Below, piece by piece: positions 10,202 through 22,775 of a stretch of DNA of 64,000 nucleotides. Every line of letters starts with the position of its first letter. Positions within the stretch are counted from its first letter, which is position 1. Made by a program: the position numbers and the translations under genes. Under the pieces are notes generated by a model that was not told where the DNA came from, ran no database searches, and saw only the letters and a list, made by a program, of their open reading frames with translations. The DNA is from Zygnema circumcarinatum SAG 698-1b (taxonomy: Eukaryota; Plantae; Zygnematophyceae): contig CM074810.1 of assembly GCA_037447605.1 (NCBI GenBank), positions 248,001 to 312,000 on the forward strand, given 5' to 3'.

Positions 10202-12933
10202 ATGGGGAAGGAGCGGAGGAGTGGAGCAGATAGAGGGAGTGGGAGAGGCGGGGGGGGAGGGCGTGGGAGTGGGAGAGGGAGAGGGAATGAGAGGGGGGTT
10301 GGACGGGGGAGTGGCAGTATTGGACTGGGAATCAAGGGAGGAGGTGTAGCTGGAAAGGTGCAGCAGGCTCTCTCTCTCTCTCTCTCACTCTCTCTCCGTG
10401 CATATTGAATGAATTAAGTCCGCATGATTCCAAACCCTAAATCTCTGAAGTTCCAAGTAAAGTTTCTGCTCCTTCTTCTGGATCCTGCAGGGAAAGATAA
10501 GCAGAAAAAAACAGAGAAAAGCTGCGTTTGAAGCAGGGAAAGGAGTCCGCCAAGCTCAAAAACATGAAGCAGATTCGGAGGACCAAAGTGCGAGTGAAGG
10601 AGAGGAGGAACCCTCGGAGGCAGAAGGAAAAAAAAAGTCTTCCGAGCAGTCATCAAAGGGGCAGAATTTTCTTCATGGCTTCACTTCAAAGCAGGTTCTT
10701 TCATGTTTTTGGAAACGATGGTTTATGCTTGGTTCAAAATATTAGGGTTTAGGATTGATAGTTTAGGGTTTAGGTTTAGGGGTTAATGATTTAGGAATTA
10801 AGGTTTTAGGATTTAGGGTATCGATTTGTAAAATTTTAGGGTTTCCCTTTGGGAGAATTGAGTTCGATTTCTAAAATTTCTTATGCTAATGATGAATTCT
10901 TATGTTGTGTTGATATTTCCCCGCAGCGAATACTGCTCGTGGGGGAGGGCGACTTCAGCTTCAGTCGAGCGCTGAGTCAACGAATCGGAGGGGCCGCCAA
11001 CGTTGTGGCCACCGCCTTCGACTCCGAGGAGACCGTGCTCGAGGTCAGAGGGAGGGAGGGGGGNNNNNNNNNNAGGGGGGGAGGAGGGGAGGGGGTAAGG
11101 GGGGGAGGGAGGGAAGGGAGGAAGGAAGGGAGGGAGGGAAGGGACGAAGGAGAGGGGGAGGGAGGGAGGGAAGGGAGGGAAGGGAGGAAGGAGAGGGAGA
11201 GGAGGAGGGGGAGGGAGGAAGGAGAGGGGAAGGGGGAGGTGGAGCGAGGAAGGGAGGGGAGGCAGGAAGGGAAGTGGGGGGAGAGGAGGCGGGGAGGGGG
11301 CCTTCCGTACCCTATCGATTTCAAAGAATTCTGAATTCCTTATTCTCATTCATCCTCTCAAAGAAAGTATGGGCCCATGTTGATAATTTGTTCACACTTA
11401 CAAGCTGTTTGCATGGGTTTAACTTTTGTGTGGGTCCAACCTTGCAGAAGTACAAGGGTTCAGAGGAGATTTTAGCGGAGCTTCGCTCTTTAGGAGCAAT
11501 TGTTCGGTTCAAAGTCGACGCAACACGACTTCAACAAAGTCTTCATACCGGTGCGATATTCACGAGATATTTCGAGAAATATTCCTTTCTTACTCCTTCA
11601 TTTTTATAGTGAAAAAATCTTGTTTTGTAGGGGATGGGAGACACGTCGAATCACAAAAATGGGGTATTTACATTTTGGAGGGTCTTGGATTGGTGGAAAA
11701 ATCAGGGAAAAAGAAAAGGAAGGCGGGGGAAATGGCTGTTTTGGACCACCCATTTGATAGGTGGTCCCTTACTGTTCTTCTTTCCTTACCTATTTTTTCT
11801 TTTTCGAAGGGGAGGAGGAGGAGGCGAGTGAAAGAGAGAGATTATTTCTTTTGGGGGGGAGGAGGGCATGAAGGGGGGAGAGAGAGAGAGAGAGAGCAGG
11901 AGATGGGAGTGGGAGAGAAATGGGACAAGGCCGGAGAGGGAAATAGAGAGAAAGTGGGCAGTGGGGAGGGAGGGGAGGGAGTGGGACGAGGAGAAGGAGA
12001 GGGAGAGACTGGTGAGAGAGGCCTGATTCCTCTCTCTCACTAGGCCTGCAGGATAATCTTCAATTTCCCACACGTGGGATTGGGCATCAAGGATGAAGCC
12101 ATCAACATTCAAGTAGGGAGTGCCTTCCCTCTCCCTCTCCCCCTCCTTCTCCCTCTCCCTCTCCCTCTCCCTCTCCCTCCCTCCCTCCCTCTCCCTCCCT
12201 CTCCCTCTCCTCTCCCTCTCCTCTCTCCCTCTCCCTCTCCCTCTCCCTCTCCCTCCTCTCCCTCTCCCTCTCCTCTCCCTCTCTCTCCCTCTCCCTCCTC
12301 CCTCCCTCTCCTCTCCCTCCCTCTCCTCTCCCTCTCCTCTCCCTCTCCCTCCTCTCCCTCTCCCTCTCCCTCTCCCTCTCTTTCTCCCTCTCCCTCTCCC
12401 TGCCACTCTCCTTCTCCCGCTGTCTGCCCTCACTCTCTCACTCTTTCTCACTCCTTCCCTCTCTTCCCTCTCTTCCCTCTCCCCTCCTCCCATTACCAAC
12501 TCTTTTCCCTTTGCCTTTGATCGTGCAGAAAAATAAGGAGCTTCTATGTGGGTTTTTTCAGTCCGCCGTTCCGTTGTTAGGAGCGGAGGGGCAGGTCCAC
12601 GTGGCGCTCAAGACGGGGAAGCCGTACGAGCATTGGAACGTGACAGGTGTCGCGCACCGAGTGGGCGGCTTGAAGCTGCTCGCCACGCGGCCCTTCAGAC
12701 CGACCGACTTCCCCGGGTAATTTTTTTTCTTTTTTTATTTTTATGTTTGTAAAGGAATGTGAAGTGCAAATTCCACTCTTCCTTTGGTGAGTTTCCATTT
12801 TTTTTTTTTTTTTTTTTTTTTGTTAAGCAGGTACCACCACCGGAGGACGATCGGGTTCATTGAGGGCCTCAGCGCCGCCGACAATGAAGAGATCGCGGGG
12901 CGGGCCCGCACCTTCATATTCGGCCCGCAGTGA
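10202..12933 (+). CDS. BMT5: 25S rRNA (uridine-N3)-methyltransferase BMT5-like (DUF2431), with an RGG-rich N-terminus
   Basis: Exons 10202-10357, 10491-10694, 10927-11043, 11448-11550, 11706-11760, 12052-12112, 12529-12716, 12831-12933, all in phase. Motifs ILLVGEGDFSFSRAL, VATAFDS, VDATRL, FDRIIFNFPHVG, LLCGFF, GKPYEHWNV, FPGYHHRRT. The first exon is less certain. Confidence 0.9.
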
Positions 12934-13367
12934 AGGGAGGGCCCATTTTTGAAATATTTCTTACTTTTTTTTTATCACTGTGGAATGACTTTTTACAGAG
13001 CTTAATTTTTTGCATTTGGAGGAGTGCGATGTTTCTTTTTTCTCTAACTTGACCAGTCTTTGGTCGACTAAGTCCGGTCGGTAAGCCTGGTCAAACTGTT
13101 CATGTTAATATCGAGATATATTCTTCGTATATCGATATCCGAATACGTATCAATATTGTACGACACAGTACGGTTTGGCATGTCAATCTTCGACACATTG
13201 GGCCTTCGTGTTCGTGTTCAAAACCGGTACTTTTAAATGCGTTCCGCCAACTGTGACGCAAAATAAATGTACTGGTTTGACATAACTGCTGCCTAAAAAA
13301 TGTCAAAGTTTGCCACGTGCTCGTACCGGCACGCTTGGGCGTTCATTCGAAGCAGACTTGAGCACGG

Positions 13368-13532
13368 CCAATTGCTAAGTGCCACGTAATATAATTTTGT
13401 ACACGTGGTGTATGGTTATTGGCGGTTGCTCCCTATGTACGTCGCAATAGCGGATTTTAAATTTGGACAGGGGCACCACCAATTCCGACATGCCACGTAA
13501 GTGATTTTGTACACGTGGTGTATCGTAATTGG
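13368..13532. promoter_or_regulatory. Two tandem inverted dyads of CCAAT-N9-CCACG (ERSE-I consensus), four perfect sites, upstream of EAF7
   Basis: Exact matches at 13368-13386 (+), 13404-13422 (-), 13479-13497 (+), 13514-13532 (-). Motif presence is certain; function is inferred. Confidence 0.7.
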
Positions 13533-13888
13533 TCGAGACACCCATTGGTACGTTGCCGTAGTGACGGGCGCTTCCCTCCAAAATGGTCGAGGGCGGTCTT
13601 GAGGTAGGCAGAGCAGGAATTTGGAAGCAGCGGAGAGAGAGAGGGACAGAGAGAGAGAGGGACAGAAAGAGAGGGACAGAAAGAGAGGGAAAGAGAGGGA
13701 AAGAGGGAAACAGCGAAAGGAGGAGAGGGAGAGGGAGAGGGAGAGGGAGAGGGAGAGATGGAGAGGCAGGCAATATTGTGATCATTTTGCTGCAATACAG
13801 CAAGCATGATAAGGAATTTCTTAGTCCCAGGGCCGTCCAATATCTTTCTAGTCCATTGCTTGTCTTCCTATCGGTGCCGGATTTGAGG

Positions 13889-15287
13889 ATGGGATCCTCC
13901 AAGAGCGACGGAGGGTTCGGAGGGCGGCAGCAGCAGGTGGAGCTGGAGGTGGCGCTGCTGGAGGTCATTGATGTGTATCCGCCCGCCAAGCTGCTCGGTG
14001 AGGCTCGGGACGATGTGATGCAGGCATGCAGCCATGATGCAAGGATGCATGTATGCATGATGTCAAGATGCATCGTGAATGAACCTCTGAGGCTGATTGA
14101 TGATTGCATCAACCTATGCTTGGATGGTATTCGTTCTCATGCATGGATGCGTGTATGCATAATCAAAGATGCGTAAACGCATCAGAAGTGATGGAGCAGG
14201 CAAGAATCACTGCTTCTAAATAGAAGATGCATCCTATCTGAATCTGGATGCATCAAGAACGGTTCAGCCTGCATGAGTCGGTGTGCCTAATTCATGGATC
14301 GACTGGACATCGCATGGATTTTAAATCAAATATGTTAGAGCTCGATTGACACAAATCAATTACCGTTAAACTTTTCCTGCTTGAGCTCATGAGAGGACAG
14401 ATTTGTGTTCCTTGCAGGAATCCATCGCCATTTTGTGCTGTTTGGTCTCATGGAGCATTTAAAGGCAAAGTGTGTACCAACCACATTCATCTTGCATAGC
14501 GTATGGGCCAGTGCGTCCATCTGACTCGATACTTTTAGTTGTTACTTTGCAACACGCGTCCAGTTTAGATCAACAATATGGCTTTGAGTGTGGGTCAATT
14601 CTCGGTGGTTGGTTCCACTTCTGAATAGCTGGTTTGTTTAACTCCTTCTGTCTTGTTAGTTTATCGTATTTGGATTTAGAGAGAATTGATCCTCACGCTG
14701 ACCAGCTTTATTGAACTAGGGTCAACTTTGCTGAGAATTGCTCGGGATATTTGTGGATGCTGTCTTGAACAATCGCATTTGTGATTTCTTATTGTAATTG
14801 TTGACTTTCTGTTGTGCAGGTTGAAGCGACATGTGACGGCTGAAGAAGTGGAAGCGCAGCTCGGGCGTTTTTACATTCTTGAGAATCTTGTGAGTCGTCT
14901 TGAGAGGGAAGAGGAGTAAAAAGAGAGGAGAGCAGAGGGCAAGCGAGAGGGAGAGGGAGCGGAAGGGGGAGAGTTTGAAGGGGGAGGAGGGGGGGTTGGG
15001 ATACGGAGGAGTGGCACAGGGGGAAAGGGAGAAGGAGACGATGTGCCAATTGTTCACTTCAGTCCGGAAATACTGAGCTACTGAGTTAGTCATGAGTTTT
15101 GTTTGAAACCAAAACTTTTGACTAGTCTTAGTTCGAGAAATAAGTTTATGAGTACTCACATTCGAGTTCTTCTTCTTCTTCTTCCCCACAGCAGGAGCCC
15201 GAGGACTTGGAAGAAGAAGTTTTCGGAGGGGAAATGGAGGAGTTTCACCTGCCTGTGGAGGATCTTCAAAAGCGTTCTTCACAGTGA
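13889..15287 (+). CDS. EAF7: EAF7/MRG-binding protein, NuA4 histone acetyltransferase subunit
   Basis: Exons 13889-13997, 14418-14469, 14820-14889, 15192-15287 (NAGNAG acceptor) give MGSSK...QVELEVALLEVIDVYPPAKLLGIHRHFVLFGLMEHLKAKLKRHVTAEEVEAQLGRFYILENL...EEFHLP, matching the plant EAF7 pattern (YPP.KL.GIHRHFVL.GLME). Confidence 0.92.
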
Positions 15288-16790
15288 TTGGTCAAATTTC
15301 TTTGACGGCGCAACTCTCGCTCTCTCTCCCACTCTCTTTCCCTCTCTTGCTCACTCCTCTCTCGCTCTCCTCGGTGTACCGTCGTGTCATTGAAAGCATG
15401 TTCAGAGGTATGTAAATCCTTATTGGAAGCTTAGTTCGCCTATTGAGCGTGAGTTGAAGAGGACCTTTCGGCCTCATGCAGAGGAGGCAAAGGAGCCTGG
15501 GTTGTATAAAGGGGTATGAATACGCAACATCGGTTCTTAGAGTTAACTTAGACAATTGTTTGTTTTTTATATGTTTCATTTTTTCGTATGGTAGTGAGAT
15601 GTAAGGAAACGGAATGGAACAGATCTGAAACAGGTGTCTTCCGGTACAGTTGGTCGGTCGGTTGGTTCGTCTGCTACTGCTGTTAGTTTGCTACTTTACT
15701 ACTGTTAATTCATTTACCTTATCCTTTTTTAACTGATCCATCCTTTGAATGTAGCACTATGAACGCCGTATGTTTTCTGAGAAGGGGTCGGGCGAGAGGG
15801 AAAGGCCTTGACGGAGAAGGGGGGCCTGGAGAAGTTGGGGTTAGAGAGAAGGGGAGTGGAGAAGGGAAGAGATAGGAGAGATAGGTGGAAAGAGGGGAAA
15901 AAAGTGAGAAGGAGAGAGGGAGGGAGTGAATTGGGGGAGCAGATGGGGGGTGAGAGAGAAGAGAGAAGGCTGAAAACTGAGGAGAAGACAGCGGAGGGGG
16001 AAGTGGGGGAGCGTTGAGAGATGGGTCGAAAGCTTGGAAGTGAGTGAATGGGCGGAGGCGAGTGGTAGAGATTAGGGGGAAGGAGAGAGGGAAGGGAGAG
16101 AGAGAGAGAGAGAGAGAAGAGAGGCAGGAGAGTGGCAGAGAGGGAGATTGGTTGAGGGAGCAAACATCGCACAAAGGCATAGCGAAAACTGTGGAAGGTC
16201 ATCCGGCCGACCCTCCCATACCTCAGAGACTGATTCGGCACGGCGTCCTTGTGCATCCATAGCCCCTTAAAACCCTCAATCCTCCAATCAATGTGAAGTG
16301 AAATTATGTTCCTATTCAATAAAGTCACATACATTGAGAATACCCCTCCTGTATTAATGGTTTCGCTGTCGCCCTTGAACCCTAAGTCTGCTCCATAACA
16401 GTAAGGGCATTAATACCCCATGTTACATAAAATACCGGATTCATATTCTCAATTACTTTCACAAAATCGTTTTTCACAAATCGCTAAAATCGCCTCACAA
16501 CTCGAAATTACAAAAACAACAATCGAATTTTTCCAGCCTCTGTTCTAAACAACTTTTCTATGGTACAAATTTCCGCCTCCCCGTATCAGTTGAAACTGAG
16601 AGCTGAACAAAACCATGGATGGGATCGATCCGAACCTCTGAACTTGAACTGAAACTGAAACTGACTTCATAGGGACAGTATGAAACACGGAACACAACAG
16701 GACGGAGCAAACGGTAACAGAACGGTAACAGAACGGTAACAGAACTTAAACAGGATGGAGATAGAAAGGAACGGGAAACGGAGCAGGCCA

Positions 16791-18457
16791 TCATGGAAAC
16801 ACATCGACCCACAACTCCTGCTTCCGGTTCAAAAAAGTGAAGGGGCTGCTATAGCCCGCGAAGGTGACTGAGCTCTCATCGAACGCGAGGCCGTCCCTTT
16901 TAAGCATCGCCTTTAATTGCTCCCATTTCGACCAATAGACCTTCTCATTCGGGAAGCCCCCAAAGGGCCCAAAAACCGCTTTGGTCGAGGCAGGAGGGGA
17001 AGTTATTTTGACATACTCCGCGAGAGGAATAGGGACCGAACTTGAATTAAATTTACTCGGCACAAAAAAGCTGATGCTATAAGCATCCTCTTCAAGGGGC
17101 CGGATCAAAACAGGAGCCGTCATCTCAATTTTTTCTTCCCTGTCATTCTGCCCAGAAATGTAATAAAAACAGCGATAGAATCCTGTGGAGACCGCTTTGG
17201 CGTATGTCTCGTTGTACACGGCAGTGGTGGCCCACATCTGTAAATAAAAAAAACCAAAAAAACCCTTCAGAATACTTAACTTACTGACTTTTTTTGAAAT
17301 TGACGCAATGATGATATTTCGATATAAAATAAATTTATGCCAAGCATTTCGTGGTTTTGTTTTCGACTAAAAAATAAACCCTAAATCCCGAAGACCCTTC
17401 GAAAACCGAACCCTAAAAGTACTCAACCTCAAGTCATAGCTCCAGAACTGCATTAAAACGAGGAAGGTCTAGTGTTCAAACCCTAAAATCGTAAACTCTG
17501 AACTCATCCCCAAGCCCTAAAAACTGAAACCCAAAACCCTAAATATTGGAAACACGACAACTGCGCTCGCCAAAGCAACCTATTACTGTTTTCCGGAAAA
17601 CCAAAGCTCCGACTTTATCAGAACCTTGAAACCTAACTTCTCCGAAACCCACAAACCCAAACTGGTCTACAAGACAGCTCCACCACCCCAACCCTAATCC
17701 AAAGACTCCCCCACTCCCTCTTCACAGTCATTGAAACCCTAATTTTTGACAAAAAATCTCAATTCCTCCGAAACACTAGTTACCCTAAAAACCAATAAAC
17801 CCGGAAAGCCAACAAAATCTCAAACGTCCAAACCCTAAATCATGTTCCGAAACTAACTTCAATTCCTAGATCCCTAAAAAAGCGAACTCCGGACCTGAAA
17901 ACCCCATACCCAGAACCCCAAAACCCTAAACAACCCAAGAACCCAGAACCCCACAACCCTGCACCCTAAAACCCATAACCCCAAAACCCTAAACCTTGAT
18001 ACCCAACCCAGAACCCATACCCAACCCAGAATCCCAAAACCCTAAACACTAAACCTTAAACCCGAACCCTAAAACCCAGAACCCCATAACCCCGAACCCA
18101 AAAACCCAGAACCCCAAAACTTTAAACCCTAAACCCAGCACCCCACAACCCTAAACCCTGAACAAAGAACCCCACAACCCTAAACCCTAAATCCCAGACC
18201 CCCCCCACCCTGCCCCCTGAGCGGTTCCCCCGAGAGCCGACCTCCCCCACGGGGTAGCGCCGCAGCTCGTAGCCGCGCGAGTTGTCCGTGACGTCACACT
18301 TTGGGATCTCGATGGAGACCTCCGGGCCGCACTGCCCGTCGGGGGATCCGTACAGTGACGGCAGCACGTACCACTCGCCGACGTCACCCGGGCGGGCCGC
18401 GCAGACGGCAGCCATGGCGGACAGGAGGAGGAGGAGAGGGAGACGGCTGGAAGCCAT
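16791..18457 (-). CDS. SOUL/haem-binding family protein with an N-terminal signal peptide
   Basis: Exons 18457-18242 and 17237-16791 (phase 0). Hydrophobic leader LPLLLLLSAMAAVCAA; SOUL motifs YELRRY, YISGQN, KIEMTAPV, SFFVP, FGGF, AGYSSPF..NRKQELW. Confidence 0.9.
17500..18200. repeat. Degenerate telomere-like array (AAACCCTAA/ACCCAGAACCC variants) in the SOUL intron
   Basis: Dense CCCTAAA/CCCAGAA/CCCCAAAA units that increase toward 18200. Confidence 0.8.
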
Positions 18458-19264
18458 GGCTGCTCTTATCTATCACTCTCTCTTCCTCACCCTCTCTCTG
18501 CTTCTCCCACTCTCTCCACACTTTTCTCTCCCACTCTCTCCACACTTTTCTCTCCCACTCTCCCACTCTTTCTCCCTCTTTCCCACTCTCTCTCACTCTT
18601 TTTCTCTCACTCTGTCCCTCTCTTCTCTCTCTCCCTCTCTCTCCAGGGAGCAACGGCCAGCGCGTGGTAGCAGGTGAGATTTGGAAATCTTTCCGTACTT
18701 TGCGGTCAGGTGAAGCAGCCGGCAGGGCAGATGAAATATTTTCAGGCAGCTGGGAAATCTCGGGCAGGAGGAGAAACATTTTCTACGCATCACAAATAGC
18801 AGGATAGGATCTCCGGGCAGAAACTAAACATTTTTTTGCGTCCCTACATTTTTCTGGACAGCAGTCAAGCAGATTCGGGCAGCAAGGTGAACATTTTCGG
18901 AACACAAAATCGCGGGCAGCAAATTAAAGGTTTGGACTCTTTTTGTTAGTCGTCAGAACAAAAAACATGACGGCAGCAATATTGCCTTCGTTCACACGTA
19001 ACGGATGGTTCCTAAGAAGAACGACGTCATTACTGACCAGAAACGGCTGATTTGTCACGTGGCAGCCAGATTCTGTATTAAGTTTGTGACGCGCGGTAAC
19101 GGAAAGTAACTCACAACGGTCGTCAGTTGCTTTGACCGTACAAACCGCCAGCCAGCAGTTTGTACGGACTGCAGTTTTTTGTCCTATCCGATTTTTTGCC
19201 CTTCTGCAAGTCAGGTGAAATTTGTGGCCTCTCCAACACGAAGGGTCGTACGGCACAGTACGCC

Positions 19265-19318
19265 CCAATGGGTACGCGCCACGTGCACAAACATGCTAAC
19301 GTGGCGAGTCGCGATTGG
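19265..19318. promoter_or_regulatory. Inverted dyad of CCAAT-N9-CCACG (ERSE-I) in the SOUL/ribokinase divergent promoter
   Basis: ccaat-gggtacgcg-ccacg at 19265-19283 and cgtgg-cgagtcgcg-attgg at 19300-19318. Confidence 0.7.
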
Positions 19319-19828
19319 TTGTCGAGGCAAAGACTCATGTCCATCTAATCTCGTCCGTACAATGGAATATGGCACATGGCATGCATGGTATCAAGCATGC
19401 ATGCTGGGCCATGCTATCCCATGCATGTATGCCATCCATGCCATGCCATGCCATGGCATGGCCTGGTTCCGCCGCCGGGGAGGGCTTTAATTTCTCCTCC
19501 CAACTTTCTCTGTCTCCGCTCTCTCCCTCTCCCTCTCCTCCCACCTTTCTACCTCTCCTCCTCCCTCCCTCTCTCTCTTCTTCTCAGCTTCCTGTAGATT
19601 AAAGTAACGTCTCAGAACCCCCGAATAAAAGCCCTAAAAACCAACTCCAACCTTAAATGCGAAACGCCCAAAACCCGTAAAACTCAAAATTTGTCCTTAA
19701 ACCATAAATCCCTTAAACGCCATAGAGCATTAAACCTAAAATCCTAATAAGCCCTAATAAACCCTAAACCCTAAACCCTAATAAACCCTAAACCGTAAAC
19801 CCTAGCCCTGCCCTGCCAGGCGCAGGCA

Positions 19829-22775
19829 ATGCAACCGAGCAGCGAAACCTCGAAGCAGGAAGTGAAGCGCCGCCCGCCCCTTGTCGTGGTCGGTTCAGCG
19901 AATGTGGACATATGCCTGGAAGTGGACCGGATACCTCTCCCCGGAGAAACCCTAACCGCGACCTCCGCCCAAACTTTTCCGGGCGGCAAGGGAGCCAACC
20001 AGGCGGGCTGCGCCGCAAAGTTAGGCTACCCAACTTTTTTTATCGGGCAGGTCGGAAAAGATGCGAATGGGGCCCTCCTTAGGGAGGCCCTGACAGGTGT
20101 CGGCGTGCGATTGGACCACATGGCCGCGGTCTCGGCTCCTACTGGCCACGCGGTGGTCCTGCTCCAGCCGGGAGGGGCCAACTCGATCGTGGTCGTGGGG
20201 GGCGCGAACCTGTCGTGGCCGCGCCTCGAGGACGGGATCAGTCGGTTGACGGACGGGGCGAGGCAGCTCATCAAGAGGGCGGGGGTGCTGCTGCTGCAGA
20301 GAGAGGTTCCGGAGGCGCTCAATATTGAAGCGGCGAAGGTNNNNNNNNNNGAGGGGGGCCGGGAGGGGGAGAGGGAGGGAGGGAGGGACGGAGGGCGTAG
20401 GGAGGGGGAGGGAAGAGGGGAGGGAAGGTGGGGAGGGGTGGGGGGGGTGGGAGGGAGAGAAGGGTGGGGGGGTTGGGGAGGGAGGGGAGTGTGGGAGGGG
20501 GGGAAGGTGGGGAGGGTAGTTTCGGGTTCAGGGTTGAAGATTTAGGGTTTGGGGTTTAGGGGTTAGGGTTTAGAATTCAGTATATGCTGTAGAGTTTTCC
20601 TGACCTTTGTGTTCCCTCCTCAGATTGCGCGCAGTGCGAACGTTCCGGTCATCCTCGACGCCGGCGGAGCCGATACGCCCGTGTCACAGGAGCTCCTCCG
20701 TTCCGTTACAGTTTTCAGTCCCAACGAAACGGAGCTCGCACGGATCACGGGCCAACCCACGGGCAGCAGCGAAGAAGTTATCGCCGCTGCCCGAATCCTC
20801 CAGGAGAGAGTGAGACTCGACCCTTTGACCTCTCATTTTCTATCACTCAGGAAAAAACCTAATGATCCCGGACCCTACAGCGGGATCCTTTGGCGGTTTT
20901 TTTTAAATTCTAGAACCATCGTAATGCCCAAAAACATTTGAATCTCTGAAACCTCTAACATCCTTCAAAAACCCCCAAAACCCTACCTAGTTAAAACCGT
21001 CCTTTAAACCCTACATTCCCTTAAACCCTACAGTCCCTTAAACCCTACAGTCCCTCAAACCCTACAGTCTCTAAAACCCTACTGACCCTAGAAGAAAACT
21101 CTACAGCCCTAAAACCCTAAACCCCTAAACCCCTACTGACCCTAAACCCCTACTGACCCTAAACCCCTACAGACCCTAATCCCTACAGACCCTAAAACCC
21201 TGCAGACCCTTAACCCCTACAAAACCTAAAACCCTACAGACCCTAAAACCCTGCAGACCCTAAACCCTGCAGACCTATAACCCCTGCTGACCCTAAACCC
21301 CTGCTGACACTAAACCCCTTAAACCCCTACAGACCCTAAACCCCTTAAACCCCTACAGACCCTAATCCCTACAGACCCTAAAACCCTGCAGACCCTTAAC
21401 CCCTACAGACCCTACAGACCCTAAACCTTACAGACCCTAAAACCCTGCAGACCCTAAACTCTGCTGACCCTAAACCCCTGCTGACCCTAAACCCCTGCTG
21501 ACTCTAAACCCCTTAAACCCCTACTGACCCTAAACCCCTACCCCCCCCCTCCCCCGGCAGGGCGTGCCCCAAGTCCTGGTGAAGCGCGGCGCGGAGGGCG
21601 CCCTCCTGGCCACGCGCGAGGGCGCGCCCCTCCTTGTGGCGGCCCTGCCTGCGCCCTCCGTCGCGGACACGACCGGCGCGGGGGACGCCTTCACCGCCGC
21701 GTACGCAGTCGCCATCTGCGAGGGCCGGAGACCCGCGGAGGGCATGGAGTTCGCAGGTAAGGGCAGGGGGGAGGGTTTAGGGCAGGGGGCAGGGGCAGGG
21801 GGCAGGGGCAGGGGGCAGGGGCAGGGGCAGGGGCAGGGGCAGGGGCAGGGGGCAGGGGCAGGGGCAGGGGCAGGGGGCAGGGGCAGGGGGCAGGGGCAGG
21901 GGCAGGGGCAGGGGGCAGGGGCAGGGGCAGGGGCAGGGGGCAGGGGCAGGGGCAGGGGGCAGGGGCAGGGGCAGGGGCAGGGGCAGGGGCAGGGGGCAGG
22001 GGCAGGGGCAGGGGCAGGGGCAGGGGGCAGGGGCAGGGGGCAGGGGCAGGGGGCAGGGGCAGGGGCAGGGGGCAGGGGCAGGGGGCAGGGGCAGGGGCAG
22101 GGGGCAGGGGCAGGGGCAGGGGGCAGGGGCAGGGGCAGGGGGCAGGGGCAGGGGCAGGGGCAGGGGCAGGGGGCAGGGGCAGGGGGCAGGGGCAGGGGCA
22201 GGGGGCAGGGGCAGGGGGCAGGGGCAGGGGGCAGGGGGCAGGGGGCAGGGAGCAGGGGTGAGGGTTTAGGGGTGAGGGTTTAGGGGTGAGGGTTTAGGGG
22301 TGAGTGTTTAGGAGTGAGGGTTCAGGGGTGAGGGTTTAGGGGTGAGGGTTTAGGGGTTTTGGGGTTCAAGGTTCAGGGTTTAGTGTTCAGGGTTTAGGGG
22401 TGAGGGTTTAGGGGTGAGGGTTTAGGGATGAGGGTCTAGGGGTTTTGGGGTTCAAGGTTCAGGGTTTAGGGTTCAGGGTTTAGGGGTGAGGGTTTAGGGC
22501 TTAGGGATAGTGTTAAGTGTTTTGGGACAGTGTTATGCTATGCTGCTACGTCTGAGTCAAATGCATCATACTCCCTCTTCCCACCTCTCTCGTCCTCCCC
22601 CCCTCTCTCTCTCTCTCTCTCCCCCTCTCTCGCCCTCTATCTGGCTGCTTACCCCTACTTGTGCGTGCGTGCAGCGGCGGTGGCCTCCCTCTGTGTGCGG
22701 TCGAAGGGAGCGCTCCCGAGCATGCCCGAACGGAGGGCGGTGGACAGTCTGCTGCAACAGAACCAGGCGACATAG
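19829..22775 (+). CDS. RBSK: Ribokinase (PfkB family)
   Basis: Exons 19829-20338, 20624-20809, 21561-21756, 22675-22775. Motifs VVVGSANVD, PGETL, FPGGKGANQA, GQVGKD, PTGHAVV, LLLQRE, SPNETEL, DTTGAGDAF, GALPSMP. A possible extra in-frame upstream exon lies at 19453-19593. Confidence 0.95.
21000..21540. repeat. Telomere-derived minisatellite (unit about ACCCTAAACCCCT[A/G]C[T/A]G) in ribokinase intron 2
   Basis: Many 16-18 nt units containing CCCTAAA. Confidence 0.9.
21782..22505. repeat. (GGGGCA)n G-rich array followed by a (TTTAGGGGTGAGGG)n telomere-like array in ribokinase intron 3
   Basis: About 470 nt of GGGGCA/GGGGGCA units (21782-22250), then 14-nt TTTAGGG-containing units (22255-22505). 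Confidence 0.95.

Noticed and set aside
21757-22283. GQGQGAG glycine-rich extension of the ribokinase ORF
   Set aside because: Intronic (GGGGCA)n; a canonical donor at 21757 and a downstream exon complete the enzyme.
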